Position numbers and translations under genes: made by a program. The notes beneath the pieces are model-generated. The model saw only the letters and a program-made list of their open reading frames with translations, made no database searches and was not told the DNA's origin. Below, piece after piece: positions 30,701 through 40,184 of a stretch of 64,000 nucleotides of DNA (positions are counted from its first letter, which is position 1; every line of letters starts with the position of its first letter). The DNA comes from an uncultured Flavobacteriaceae bacterium (GTDB lineage: Bacteria > Bacteroidota > Bacteroidia > Flavobacteriales > Flavobacteriaceae), in NCBI GenBank assembly GCA_947486785.1, contig CANKUU010000010.1, forward strand, positions 61,272 to 125,271. The letters are read 5' to 3'.

Positions 30701-32128
30701 TATTAATTTAACCTGATGCTTTTTTGCCATAGGTATCAAAACCTTATTTACACGGTCTTCATCTTCTTGCCCATGCCGCATGATTTCGACATATAAATCG
30801 TCACCAAACTGTTCTTTCCACCAAATTAAAGCCTCCTCTGCTTGCTTTTCACCAACATTTAAAATTTTACTCGGCACTTCACCATAAAGGTTTCCGGTAA
30901 GCACAATAACATCCTCTTTATATTTTTCAATTACAGCTCTATCAATACGTGGCACATAATAAAATCCGTCAGTATAAGCTATAGACGACATTTTTGCTAA
31001 ATTATGATACCCTTTTTTATTCTTTGCCAAAAGCACAATTTGATAACCATAATCTTTTACTTTCTTATTGGTATGATCATCACAAACAAAAAATTCACAC
31101 CCAATAATCGGTTTTAGCTCTGTTTCTGTGGGCAGCTCTCCTTTTTCAATAGCCTTTTCATTTCGCTCTTTTACCCCTTTGTTATTTGCTTTTATTTCTT
31201 TTACAAAATGGAAAGCTCCCATCATATTTGCATGATCGGTAAGTGCTACGGCTGGCATTTTTTCAGCTGCAGCAGATTGCACTAAATCTCTGATCGATAT
31301 GGTAGACTGTAAAACTGAGAACTGAGAGTGGTTATGCAAGTGAGCAAATGAACTCTCTGAAAGGGTTTGAATGTTTGCAGTTAATTCTTCTTCGGATGCA
31401 CTACTAGCTTCTTTTCTTAAAAGAGCATCAGCAATTTTTTTAGATGCCTTTTTAAGATTGATATGCTTTAAGCCTATTAATTCAATGGGCTTCGGATTTG
31501 CTTCTGAAAAACTATCAAAGTACCCTGCCTCAACATCTAACAATTCAAGAGAATAGTGCTTTCTTCTAACAAGCTCTAAGAAACACCTTGTAGTAGCTTC
31601 AACATCGGCGGTTGCATTATGTGCTTCTGCAAATGGCTCTCCAAATAAATATTGATGTAACTCCGTTAGGGTAGGAAGCTTAAACCTACCCCCTCTACCC
31701 CCGGGTATTTGACAAAGTGCTGCAGTTTGCTCTGTACAAGTATCTAAAACAGGAAGCTCTTGTAACTGATTTTCAACGCCCAAACGATGAAACTCTGCTC
31801 CCATAATATTCAAGTCAAAACCTACATTTTGACCTACAATAAATTTGGTCTTAGACATTGCTTCCTTAAACTTAGCCAAAACCTCAGCTAAAGGAACGCC
31901 TCTTTGCTCTGCTAATTCTGTAGAAATGCCATGAATTTGTTCTGCATCAAACGGAATATTAAACCCTTCTGGCTTCACCAAATAATCTTGATGCTCTAAA
32001 ACATTACCCATTTCGTCATGCAACTGCCACGCTATTTGAATGCATCGAGGCCAATTATCGGTATGGGTATAAGGTAGGTTCCAGTTTTTAGGAAGACCCG
32101 TAGTTTCGGTGTCAAAAATTAGATACAT
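27746..32128 (-). CDS. dnaE: DNA polymerase III alpha subunit with N-terminal DEDDh 3'-5' exonuclease domain
   Basis: N-terminal IFDTETTG...HNATAD; PHP HLHNHSQFS; GPGRGSAAGS, RVSMPDIDIDFD, KMDFLGL, YAFNKSH; clamp motif QIDMF. Confidence 0.97.
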   Translation of the reverse strand: MYLIFDTETTGLPKNWNLPYTHTDNWPRCIQIAWQLHDEMGNVLEHQDYLVKPEGFNIPFDAEQIHGISTELAEQRGVPLAEVLAKFKEAMSKTKFIVGQNVGFDLNIMGAEFHRLGVENQLQELPVLDTCTEQTAALCQIPGGRGGRFKLPTLTELHQYLFGEPFAEAHNATADVEATTRCFLELVRRKHYSLELLDVEAGYFDSFSEANPKPIELIGLKHINLKKASKKIADALLRKEASSASEEELTANIQTLSESSFAHLHNHSQFSVLQSTISIRDLVQSAAAEKMPAVALTDHANMMGAFHFVKEIKANNKGVKERNEKAIEKGELPTETELKPIIGCEFFVCDDHTNKKVKDYGYQIVLLAKNKKGYHNLAKMSSIAYTDGFYYVPRIDRAVIEKYKEDVIVLTGNLYGEVPSKILNVGEKQAEEALIWWKEQFGDDLYVEIMRHGQEDEDRVNKVLIPMAKKHQVKLIASNNTYYCAKEDADAHDILLCVKDGEKQATPIGRGRGYRYGLPNQEYYFKSQDEMKELFKDLPESIVNIQEVLDKVEPYELARDVLLPKFDFPEEFKDPADVDGGNRGENAYLRHITYLGAKKRYGEITDEIRERIDFELDTIKNSGYPGYFLITEDFIREARNMDVSVGPGRGSAAGSVVAYCLTITNIDPLKYDLLFERFLNPERVSMPDIDIDFDDEGRSRVMDYVINKYGSSQVAQIITYGTMAAKSSIRDTARVLDLPLGDADRIAKLIPTMSKLGKIFNKTEAELKEKFRAEDLEKINQLLNIHDGDDLEGQTLKMARTLEGSVRNTGIHACGVIITPDDITNFVPVATAKDSDLYVTQFDNSVVESAGLLKMDFLGLKTLTLIKDTVKIVKAKHDIDLVPDDFPLDDEKTYELFQRGETVGVFQYESPGMQKHMRSLKPSVFGDLIAMNALYRPGPMDYIPSFIARKHGDQEITYDLPDMEEYLKETYGITVYQEQVMLLSQKLAGFSKGEADVLRKAMGKKQADVLAKMKPKFIAQASEKGHDVEKLEKIWKDWEAFASYAFNKSHSTCYAYIAYQTAYLKAHYPAEYMAAVLSNNMNDIKQVTFFMEECKRMGLEVLGPDVNESFYKFAVNKRGAVRFGMGAIKGVGRSAVETIVAHRKKDGPFKSVFDLAKRIDLRSANKRAFEGLAVAGGFDSFGTTHRAQYFHTDGDNITFLEKVIKSANRFQENKNSAQIDMFGGSSEAEIPEPEVPPCEEWGTMEKLRREKEVVGIYISGHPLDDFKTEIKSFCNASISYINDMEKYVNHELTLAGVITDVQHRVSKNGKGWALFTMEDYTESYEFRIFGEEYLKFRHFLMINSFVYVKIFIKDGWVNRETQKKGPPRMQFNSFMLLQEVMDQYAKKLTIKLNIDELKEEDVYKLKDTLVSHQGNQTLNFIVYEMDQEIKVVLSSRKQKVQISSELLDQLEAHKVHFKLN

Positions 32129-32523
32129 AATGGGTTATTTAGCAGACTAAAAAAGTATCGCTAAAATTACTGAAAAGCTAGCCTGATAAAAAAGGGAGTT
32201 GTTAAGAGTTATTAACCTTAATAAGGTGCATTTTATAATACTAATACTATGACGCTATTGCTGGTGGGCCATAATTCTAACACCTCCTTAGGCTAAACCG
32301 GTTTACTCTAATGACTTTTTTTTGTAAGCTTAGACTGCACCAGCAAAATTTAACGAAAAATACAATTTGATTTTACTAAAATATTTCTAACCCAGAATTT
32401 TAATGCTTAAAACAGACCAATTAATTGGCAAAGGGCGCTACACTATTTTACTGTTCTAAACGTAAGGCTTACCTTGAAAAGGTTTTAGATTTAAATTTAA
32501 TCAAAAAAAACATAGACATTAGA

Positions 32524-32553
32524 TTGTCAATAATAACAAATGAAGTATATTTG
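32524..32553 (+). promoter_or_regulatory. Bacteroidota sigma-A promoter of rpsP-rimM
   Basis: TTG(32524)-N19-TATATTTG(32546). Confidence 0.75.
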
Positions 32554-32618
32554 CACCCCTTTTAAAGGACAAAAAAGAATTAATAACAAGGGTCGGGCAC
32601 CCAACAAATTAATGTGAT

Positions 32619-33188
32619 ATGCCAGTAAAAATTAGATTACAAAGACACGGAAAAAAAGGAAAACCATTCTATTGGATAGTTGCAGCAGATGCACGAGCAA
32701 AAAGAGATGGTAAATTCTTAGAAAAATTAGGCATCTACAATCCTAATACCAATCCTGCCACTATCGAATTAAATTTAGATAATTCTGTAAAATGGTTACA
32801 GAATGGCGCACAACCAACAGATACAGCCAGAGCAATTTTATCTTATAAAGGCGTTTTATTAAAACATCATTTATTAGGTGGTCTTCGCAAAGGCGCTTTA
32901 ACAGAAGAGCAAGTTAATGAAAAATTTAACGCTTGGATGGAAGAAAAATCTAAAGCGGTTGCTGATAAAGTAGGCGGATTAGATAAAGAAAAAGCTGAAG
33001 CCAGAGCAGCTGCATTAAAAGCTGAAAAAGAAGTAAACGACAAACGTGCATTGGCTGCCGCCGAAGCTGCATTACCAGAAACTACTGAGGCTGAAGGTAC
33101 AGATGCTAGCACGGAAGAAGCTGCTTCATCTGCTGAAGCACCTGCTAAAGAAGATGGCGCACCAGCAGAAGCTAAAGACAAAGAATAA
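32619..33188 (+). CDS. rpsP: 30S ribosomal protein S16 with Ala/Glu-rich C-terminal extension
   Basis: [36 protein letters not shown]; long acidic tail typical of Bacteroidota. Confidence 0.97.
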   Translation: MPVKIRLQRHGKKGKPFYWIVAADARAKRDGKFLEKLGIYNPNTNPATIELNLDNSVKWLQNGAQPTDTARAILSYKGVLLKHHLLGGLRKGALTEEQVNEKFNAWMEEKSKAVADKVGGLDKEKAEARAAALKAEKEVNDKRALAAAEAALPETTEAEGTDASTEEAASSAEAPAKEDGAPAEAKDKE

Positions 33189-33203
33189 GTTAAAAGATAG
33201 ACA

Positions 33204-33731
33204 ATGCGTAAGGAAGACTGTTTCTACTTAGGCAAAATCGTCTCTCAATATAGCTTTAAGGGCGAAGTACTAGTAAAACTAGATACTGACGAACCTGAAA
33301 TTTACGAAACTATGGAATCAGTTTTTGTTGCGCTTCGCAACAATCTGGTTCCATTTTTTATATCTAAATGTCGCCTTCACAAATCTCAGTTATTACGTAT
33401 CGATTTTGAAGATGTTAACTCTGAAGATGACGCAAACAAAATCATGGGTTCTGAATTATATTTACCCCTTTCATTTTTACCCGAACTTACTGGAAACAAA
33501 TTCTACTTTCATGAAGTAATCGGATTTCAAGTATTTGATGACATTCACGGCAATATTGGCACTATTCAAAGCATCAACGACACTACTTCGCAAGCACTCT
33601 TTGAAATTAAGAAAGGAGACAAACAAGTATTGATTCCTGTAAACGATAATATTATTACTAAAGTAGATCGTAAGAATAAAACCATTCATGTTACAACTCC
33701 CGAGGGTTTAGTTGAGCTTTATATAAATTAA
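33204..33731 (+). CDS. rimM: Ribosome maturation factor RimM
   Basis: LGKIV...KGEV, FYFHEVIG, LIP, PEGL; follows rpsP. Confidence 0.95.
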   Translation: MRKEDCFYLGKIVSQYSFKGEVLVKLDTDEPEIYETMESVFVALRNNLVPFFISKCRLHKSQLLRIDFEDVNSEDDANKIMGSELYLPLSFLPELTGNKFYFHEVIGFQVFDDIHGNIGTIQSINDTTSQALFEIKKGDKQVLIPVNDNIITKVDRKNKTIHVTTPEGLVELYIN

Positions 33732-34281
33732 AGCTTTCCTCTAACATTATCTTATCATAAATCAAAACCTGTTTTGCATACCATTGATTTTAGAGACTAA
33801 ACACCGTACTTAATTACGTACTATAACGAACAAAAAAGGTAATCGCAATACTAGTTTGGGTCTTATAAAAAATCTAAGCTAATAGGTTGAGCTGTGCCAT
33901 TTTTTGGTATCTCTGCTATTAAGAACTAATAGCTTCTCTAAATTCATGATCATCTTGATCAGATTTTCTGTGCCAAAACAATAAAATTTTAAAAAGAGCG
34001 TAGCATTATCCCACAAAAGAACTCCAATACACTTTGGTCTATCTATCATCTTATTTAAGTACACCTACAAATCCCAATAAGTGGCGTACAGCTGCAAATA
34101 TGCGGTACTTTTTAAAGTATTAACCCTTTTATCTAAACCTACTTGTCTATTAATTCAGCAAGGCGACTAGTTAGTTCATTTTAACTTTAATCTTTTTTTT
34201 GTAATTTTCTGTTCACTAGAATTTCACCTCTCAATTCTAAACCACATTTCTGTATGTTCCACTTTTAACCAAAACCTTAAA

Positions 34282-36618
34282 ATGAATAAACCCGTTACCG
34301 CATTTTGGGTTGTTTTAACCGTTTGCTTTTTAAGTTTCTCTTGTAAACAAAAAAATGATTCAGAAAATCTTATCACTCTTAACCAAAGTAAAAAATCTTT
34401 ACCCAACGTCATAGACTTTACCTTTGATGTAAAACCTATTATTTCTGATCGATGTTTTAAATGCCACGGACCAGATAAAAATGCTATTGAAGGTGGCTTA
34501 TCGTTAAACACTCCAGAAGATGCCTATAAAGCACTTGGCGAGGAGCAAGATCATTTTGCTATTGTACCAAAAGAGATTAAAAAAAGCACATTGATTGAGC
34601 GTATATATAGCGACGATCCTAACCTGCAAATGCCTCCACCAGAATCTAATTTACAGCTAACAGACTATGAGAAAGCTGTTTTACAAAAATGGATTGAACA
34701 AGGCGCAAAATACAAACCACATTGGGCGTTTAGCCCTCCTACCAAACCAGAAGTTCCAAAAACAGCCAAAGATTGGGTAAACAATGAAATTGATAATTTT
34801 ATTCTTGCTAAACTGGAACAAAACGGACTTACACCAAACAAAAAAGCTACAAAAGAAAAACTCATAAGACGTATTTCATTCGATCTTACTGGCCTACCGC
34901 CAACAGTATCTCAAATCGAAAATTTCATTAAAGACAGCTCTGAAAAAGCATACGAAAAACTAATTGACACGCTACTTTCCACAACCGATTATGCAGAGAA
35001 TATGGCCGCCGAATGGATGGATATATCAAGATATGCCGATACGCATGGCTACCAAGATGATTTTGAAAGAACCATGTGGCCTTGGAGAGATTGGGTAATT
35101 CATGCTTTTAGTAAAAACATGCCTTATGATAAATTTGTCACTTATCAGCTTGCTGGTGACTTGCTGCCCAATGCAAACTTAGAACAAATTCTTGCTACAG
35201 GCTTTAACAGAAATCATAAGATTACTGCTGAAGGTGGTGTTATACCTGAAGAATATAGAATAGAATATGTAGAGGATAGAACTACTACTTTAGGTATTGC
35301 ATTTTTAGGGCTTACTTTAGAATGCGCAAGGTGCCACGATCACAAATATGACCCAATTAGTCAAAAAGCACATTTTCAATTTTTTAGTTTTTTTAATTCT
35401 ATCCCTGAAAAAGGACTTCTTAACGGAATGAAAGATCTTGGCGAACCTTACATTAAAATAACAGAAAAAGAAGCTAAAGGTGTTTTATCTTTTATCAATA
35501 TGAAAAACAACCCTACCAAAGAGGTGAGCGTTATGGTGATGAAAGAAATGAGTAAGCCCAGACCTTCATTTATTTTAAATCGTGGCGTATATGACCAACC
35601 CACTACCGAAGTATTTCCGAATACTCCTACATCTATTTTAGCATACCCCCAAGAGTACCCTAAAAATAGGCTTGGACTGGCAAAGTGGTTATTCCACAAA
35701 AAGAATCCATTAACTGCCAGAGTTGCTGTTAACAGACTTTGGCAGCGTATGTTTGGCAATGGCATTGTAAGTACTTCTTACGATTTTGGTAATCAAGGAG
35801 CACTACCAACTCATCCTGAATTATTAGATTTTTTAGCACTTAAATTCCGGGATGAAGGGTGGGATATTCGAAAAATGCTAAAGTATATTGCGCTATCTGA
35901 AACCTATCAACAAAGTACTTTGGTGAGCGCTGAATTGTTAGATAAAGATCCAGAAAATAAGCTCTTGGCACGAGCTCCACGTATTCGACTTTCCGCTCAA
36001 ATAATTCGTGATCAAGCCTTGTCTGTTAGTGGGCTTTTACACAAAGAACTTGGCGGACCTAGTGTAAGGCCATATCAACCAGAAGGAATTTGGGAGGAAA
36101 CAACCGGTGGTGGTGGTGGAAGTACTGCCTCATATATTCCTAGCAAAGGCAATGATCTTTACCGAAAAAGTATTTATACCTTTTGGAAACGTACTGTACC
36201 CCCGCCAAGCATGATGACATTTGACGCTTCTTCACGAGATATTTGCTCTGTAAAAAGACAAGAAACTAATACGCCATTACAAGCATTAGTTTTATTAAAT
36301 GATCCTCAGATTATTGAAGCCTCAAGAGCTTTGGCACTAAAAGCAATTACATCTGATGAACAATCGATAGAAGGACGAATACAGTACGCTTTTCAACGTG
36401 CTACCAGTAGACTAGCTAATGATATAGAACTTGCAAGCTTAAGTAAGTATTATAAAGAAATGCTTGTTCAAGTACAAAACAACGAGGTACAACCAGAAAC
36501 TTATTTGGCTATCGGCGATTATGCTATTCCGAAAGATATTGATCAGATAGCTCTAGCGGCATTATCTCTAACCTGTCATACCATTCTAAATTTAGACGAA
36601 ACAATCTCAAGAGGATAA
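34282..36618 (+). CDS. Planctomycete-type cytochrome c / DUF1549 / DUF1553 (PSD1) lipoprotein
   Basis: Lipobox FSC; CFKCH and CARCH heme-c motifs; HWAF, NEIDNFI, LIRRISFDLTGLPPT, WMDISRYADTHG, NRLGLAKWL, HPELLDFLA, TNTPLQALVLLND. Confidence 0.9.
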   Translation: MNKPVTAFWVVLTVCFLSFSCKQKNDSENLITLNQSKKSLPNVIDFTFDVKPIISDRCFKCHGPDKNAIEGGLSLNTPEDAYKALGEEQDHFAIVPKEIKKSTLIERIYSDDPNLQMPPPESNLQLTDYEKAVLQKWIEQGAKYKPHWAFSPPTKPEVPKTAKDWVNNEIDNFILAKLEQNGLTPNKKATKEKLIRRISFDLTGLPPTVSQIENFIKDSSEKAYEKLIDTLLSTTDYAENMAAEWMDISRYADTHGYQDDFERTMWPWRDWVIHAFSKNMPYDKFVTYQLAGDLLPNANLEQILATGFNRNHKITAEGGVIPEEYRIEYVEDRTTTLGIAFLGLTLECARCHDHKYDPISQKAHFQFFSFFNSIPEKGLLNGMKDLGEPYIKITEKEAKGVLSFINMKNNPTKEVSVMVMKEMSKPRPSFILNRGVYDQPTTEVFPNTPTSILAYPQEYPKNRLGLAKWLFHKKNPLTARVAVNRLWQRMFGNGIVSTSYDFGNQGALPTHPELLDFLALKFRDEGWDIRKMLKYIALSETYQQSTLVSAELLDKDPENKLLARAPRIRLSAQIIRDQALSVSGLLHKELGGPSVRPYQPEGIWEETTGGGGGSTASYIPSKGNDLYRKSIYTFWKRTVPPPSMMTFDASSRDICSVKRQETNTPLQALVLLNDPQIIEASRALALKAITSDEQSIEGRIQYAFQRATSRLANDIELASLSKYYKEMLVQVQNNEVQPETYLAIGDYAIPKDIDQIALAALSLTCHTILNLDETISRG

Positions 36619-36621
36619 ACT

Positions 36622-38115
36622 ATGAGTGAAAAAAAAATTATACACGAACGATCTCTCATATTAAATAGGAGAGCATTTTTAGAGAAATCAGCCTTAGGTA
36701 TTGGAGGAGCAGCACTATCCTCTCTTTTGGGAGTAAATTGTTTTCGAAAAACCGAAAGTGGGGTGCTTACCCCAGATTCGAGTTCAAGTGGCATTAAAGG
36801 AGCTTTAACCTCATTGCACCATCCAGCAAAAGTAAAACGGGTGATTTACCTATTTCAAAGTGGAGGGCCTTCGCAATTAGAGCTTTTTGACTATAAACCT
36901 ACATTAAATAAACGAAGAGGTGAAGATTTACCCGAATCTATTAGAAACGGGCAACGCCTTACCGGCATGACTTCTGGTCAAGACAAATTTCCATTAGTAG
37001 GCTCTCCATTTAACTTCAAACAATATGGAAAAAGTGGCACTTGGATTAGTGACTTGCTACCCCATATTGGAAAAATGGCTGATGATATTTGTTTGGTAAA
37101 ATCAATGTATACCGAAGCAATTAATCATGACCCAGCAGTCACCTTTTTTCAAACAGGATCACAACAACCCGGAAGACCTAGCATCGGCTCTTGGTTGAGC
37201 TACGGTTTGGGTAGTGAAAATGAAAATCTACCCTCTTTTACCGTAATGCTCTCAAGAGGTACCGGAAGACCAAAGAGTCAACCCTTGTACACAAGATTAT
37301 GGGGTAACGGTTTTTTGCACTCCTTACATCAAGGCGTGCAGTTTAGGGCTGCAAAAGACCCCGTACTCTACTTAAATGATCCAGAAGGTACTACCAAAAG
37401 TACAAAACGAGCTATGTTAGATCAATTAGCAGCACTCAACGACCAACATTACCAAGAAAATGGAGATCCAGAAATACAAAGTAGAATTGCACAATATGAG
37501 ATGGCTTATCGTATGCAAACTTCAGTACCTGAAGTAATGAATACCGATAAAGAACCTGATTATATTTACAAAATGTACGGTAGTGATGCTAAAATACCGG
37601 GCACTTTTGCAGCAAATTGCCTTTTAGCAAGAAGGTTAGCAGAACAAAACGTGCGCTTTATACAATTATATCATATGGGTTGGGATCAACATGGTGATTT
37701 GCCTGCGGCCATTGAACGTCAAGCAAAAGATGTGGATCAAGCTTCCGCTGCACTCATTGCAGATTTAAAACAGAGAGGAATGTTAGAAGACACTTTGGTG
37801 GTTTGGGGTGGAGAATTTGGCCGAACCAATTATTCCCAAGGTTTGTTAACCGATACCAATTACGGAAGAGATCATCACCCCCGATGCTTTTCTATGTGGA
37901 TGGCGGGTGGCGGCATTAAACCCGGAATTGTTTACGGCGAAACCGATGAGTTTGGATATAATATTACCGAAAACCCCGTTCATGTGCATGATTTTCAAGC
38001 AACCATGCTTCATCAACTAGGCATAGATCATGAGAAACTAGTTTATAAATATCAAGGAAGAAGGTTTCGATTAACAGACGTTGAAGGCAAAATAATTAAA
38101 GATATTTTAACCTAG
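36622..38115 (+). CDS. DUF1501 family protein (alkaline phosphatase/sulfatase-like fold), Tat-type signal
   Basis: NRRAFL twin-arginine motif; AKVKRVIYLFQSGGPSQ, INHDPA, GWDQH, VVWGGEFGRT, RDHH, HDFQAT. Confidence 0.9.
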   Translation: MSEKKIIHERSLILNRRAFLEKSALGIGGAALSSLLGVNCFRKTESGVLTPDSSSSGIKGALTSLHHPAKVKRVIYLFQSGGPSQLELFDYKPTLNKRRGEDLPESIRNGQRLTGMTSGQDKFPLVGSPFNFKQYGKSGTWISDLLPHIGKMADDICLVKSMYTEAINHDPAVTFFQTGSQQPGRPSIGSWLSYGLGSENENLPSFTVMLSRGTGRPKSQPLYTRLWGNGFLHSLHQGVQFRAAKDPVLYLNDPEGTTKSTKRAMLDQLAALNDQHYQENGDPEIQSRIAQYEMAYRMQTSVPEVMNTDKEPDYIYKMYGSDAKIPGTFAANCLLARRLAEQNVRFIQLYHMGWDQHGDLPAAIERQAKDVDQASAALIADLKQRGMLEDTLVVWGGEFGRTNYSQGLLTDTNYGRDHHPRCFSMWMAGGGIKPGIVYGETDEFGYNITENPVHVHDFQATMLHQLGIDHEKLVYKYQGRRFRLTDVEGKIIKDILT

Positions 38116-38121
38116 TTCGCT

Positions 38122-40173
38122 ATGATTACACTTGGTATTCAAATTGGTCACTTTCATCCACTTTTGGTGCACTTACCTATCGGCATCATTGTATTAGCCT
38201 GTGCTATAGAAATTTATGCTAAAATAAAGAACAAACCTGCTGATGAGGATCTCCTACTTTTTATATTGGCTACCGCAAGTATTACAGCGCTTCTTTCTTT
38301 AGGTACAGGATGGCTATTAGGAGAAGAAGGTGGTTTTGATGAAGAACTTCTTTTTCGGCACCGTTGGATGGCCATTGCCTTTACAATAGCCTCCATTTTG
38401 TTATTTTTTGTAAAACGGTCAAAAAAGCCCCTCTCAAAAAAACTGTACCCTTTATTATTTGGTTTGGTTATAATTTTAATTTCAATTACTGGTCATTTAG
38501 GAGGTAATATGACGCACGGTGAAGACTACTTGTTTAGAGAAACAGGCGGCAAAGAAATTGTAATTAAAGATATAGCAGAGGCAAACGTACATACCGATAT
38601 TGTGCAACCCATACTAGATTCAAAATGTGTAAGCTGTCACAATCAAAAAAAATTAAAAGGTGGGCTTCTCATGACCTCTGCAAAAGACCTTTTAAAAGGA
38701 GGTGATTCTGGTAGTATTTTTGATTCTATAAATAAAAAACCCCTACTAATTAGCCGATTACATTTGCCCTTGGCTGATGAAGAACATATGCCTCCAAAAG
38801 GTAAAATACAACTGACATCAGAAGAATTAAGCTTGCTAGAATGGTGGGTAGCTAATGGTCATTGTTTAGATTGTAAAACAAAAGACTTAAAAACAACCGA
38901 AAAATTAGATATAATTTTATCTAATCTTGAAGAAGACGATTCACCACATGCGCTTATAGCAGCAGAAGTAGATCCAATTTCTGCATCATGGATTGAGGAA
39001 ATGAATACTGCAGGAATTACCGTTTATACCTTATCAGCAGATAATCCTTTGTTAATTGCCAGTCTTTTTGGAAAACAAAAAAAGTTAAAAAAACACTTAA
39101 AGACATTAACCAACTATGCTGAAAACATTGTGGAACTAAATTTAGCAAATTCTACCTTTAATGATACGTTAGTAGATTTTTTAAAGCCATTTAAAAATCT
39201 TACCAAATTACAACTACAACATACCGCAATTACAGATAACGGCATTAAAATTTTTAAAGAATTTAAATTTCTAGAATCACTTAATCTGTATGGTACAGAA
39301 GTAAGTGATGCTATTTTTGAAGTGATAAAAAACATACCAAGTTTAAAGTTTCTATACCTATATCAAACAAATGTTGGTTCAGAAAAACTAGATAAATTTC
39401 AAAAAAAATTTCCAAATATTAACATCCAACATGTGCCCAAAGATGTCTTTACTTCTAATAATTTAGCAGCTCCTAGCATTTTACCTGAAATATCATTTTT
39501 TAAAGATTCATTAACAATAGCATTAGAAACCACTTTTGAAGAAACACAAATATATTATACCCTTGATGGTTCTGAACCCGACAGTTTGGCGATAGCATAT
39601 AAAAAACCTTTTAAAATTAAAGAAACAACTACCATTAAAACGATAGCAACTAAACAAGGATGGAAACCTAGTGAAGTAAACTCTAAAATATTTACGACCT
39701 CAAAAGAAATTGTAAATGCAAATTTAAATAAGTTACCCAATGAAAATTACAGTGCAAATAAAGGCAAGACCTTAATAGATTTAAAAAGAGGAACTACAGA
39801 TTTTAAAGATGGCAATTGGTTAGGGTACGAAGCCAGTAATTTTACTGCAACACTTACCTTAAAAGAACTTGAAAACATTTCTTTGGTATCTGTTGGAGCC
39901 ATTTCTACACCCGAAAATTGGATTTTTTATCCGGCAGGCATAAGCGTTTACGCTTCTAAAAATGGTACTAATTACAAACATATTAAGAGTATTAAAATAC
40001 CCGAAGAAGATCCTAATAGCAACGTTTCTATGACATTTTTTGACGTCAAAATTCCGCCAACAAAAGCAAAATTCATTAGAGTTGAAATTAAGAGTCATTT
40101 AAAAAATCCTACTTGGCACCCAAATTCTGGTGAAAAAAGTTGGATATTCGTTGATGAAATTGTGCTCCAATAA
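38122..40173 (+). CDS. Membrane DUF2231 + cytochrome c + LRR + FN3/chitobiase-like + F5/8-type C multidomain protein
   Basis: His-rich N-terminal helices (HFHPLLVHLPIG, FRHRW, GHLGGNMTHG), CVSCH, HMPPKGK, LRR units (LTKLQLQHTAITD, LESLNLYGTEVSD), IYYTLDGSEP, C-terminal WIFVDEI. Confidence 0.82.
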   Translation: MITLGIQIGHFHPLLVHLPIGIIVLACAIEIYAKIKNKPADEDLLLFILATASITALLSLGTGWLLGEEGGFDEELLFRHRWMAIAFTIASILLFFVKRSKKPLSKKLYPLLFGLVIILISITGHLGGNMTHGEDYLFRETGGKEIVIKDIAEANVHTDIVQPILDSKCVSCHNQKKLKGGLLMTSAKDLLKGGDSGSIFDSINKKPLLISRLHLPLADEEHMPPKGKIQLTSEELSLLEWWVANGHCLDCKTKDLKTTEKLDIILSNLEEDDSPHALIAAEVDPISASWIEEMNTAGITVYTLSADNPLLIASLFGKQKKLKKHLKTLTNYAENIVELNLANSTFNDTLVDFLKPFKNLTKLQLQHTAITDNGIKIFKEFKFLESLNLYGTEVSDAIFEVIKNIPSLKFLYLYQTNVGSEKLDKFQKKFPNINIQHVPKDVFTSNNLAAPSILPEISFFKDSLTIALETTFEETQIYYTLDGSEPDSLAIAYKKPFKIKETTTIKTIATKQGWKPSEVNSKIFTTSKEIVNANLNKLPNENYSANKGKTLIDLKRGTTDFKDGNWLGYEASNFTATLTLKELENISLVSVGAISTPENWIFYPAGISVYASKNGTNYKHIKSIKIPEEDPNSNVSMTFFDVKIPPTKAKFIRVEIKSHLKNPTWHPNSGEKSWIFVDEIVLQ

Positions 40174-40184
40174 AAATCGACCTT

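Noticed and set aside
32867-33181. Ala/Ser-rich 104-aa antisense ORF
   Set aside because: It is the mirror of the low-complexity S16 tail.
33879-34064. 61-aa minus-strand ORF in the rimM-PSD1 gap
   Set aside because: No motif, signal peptide or promoter support; cannot be told from chance.
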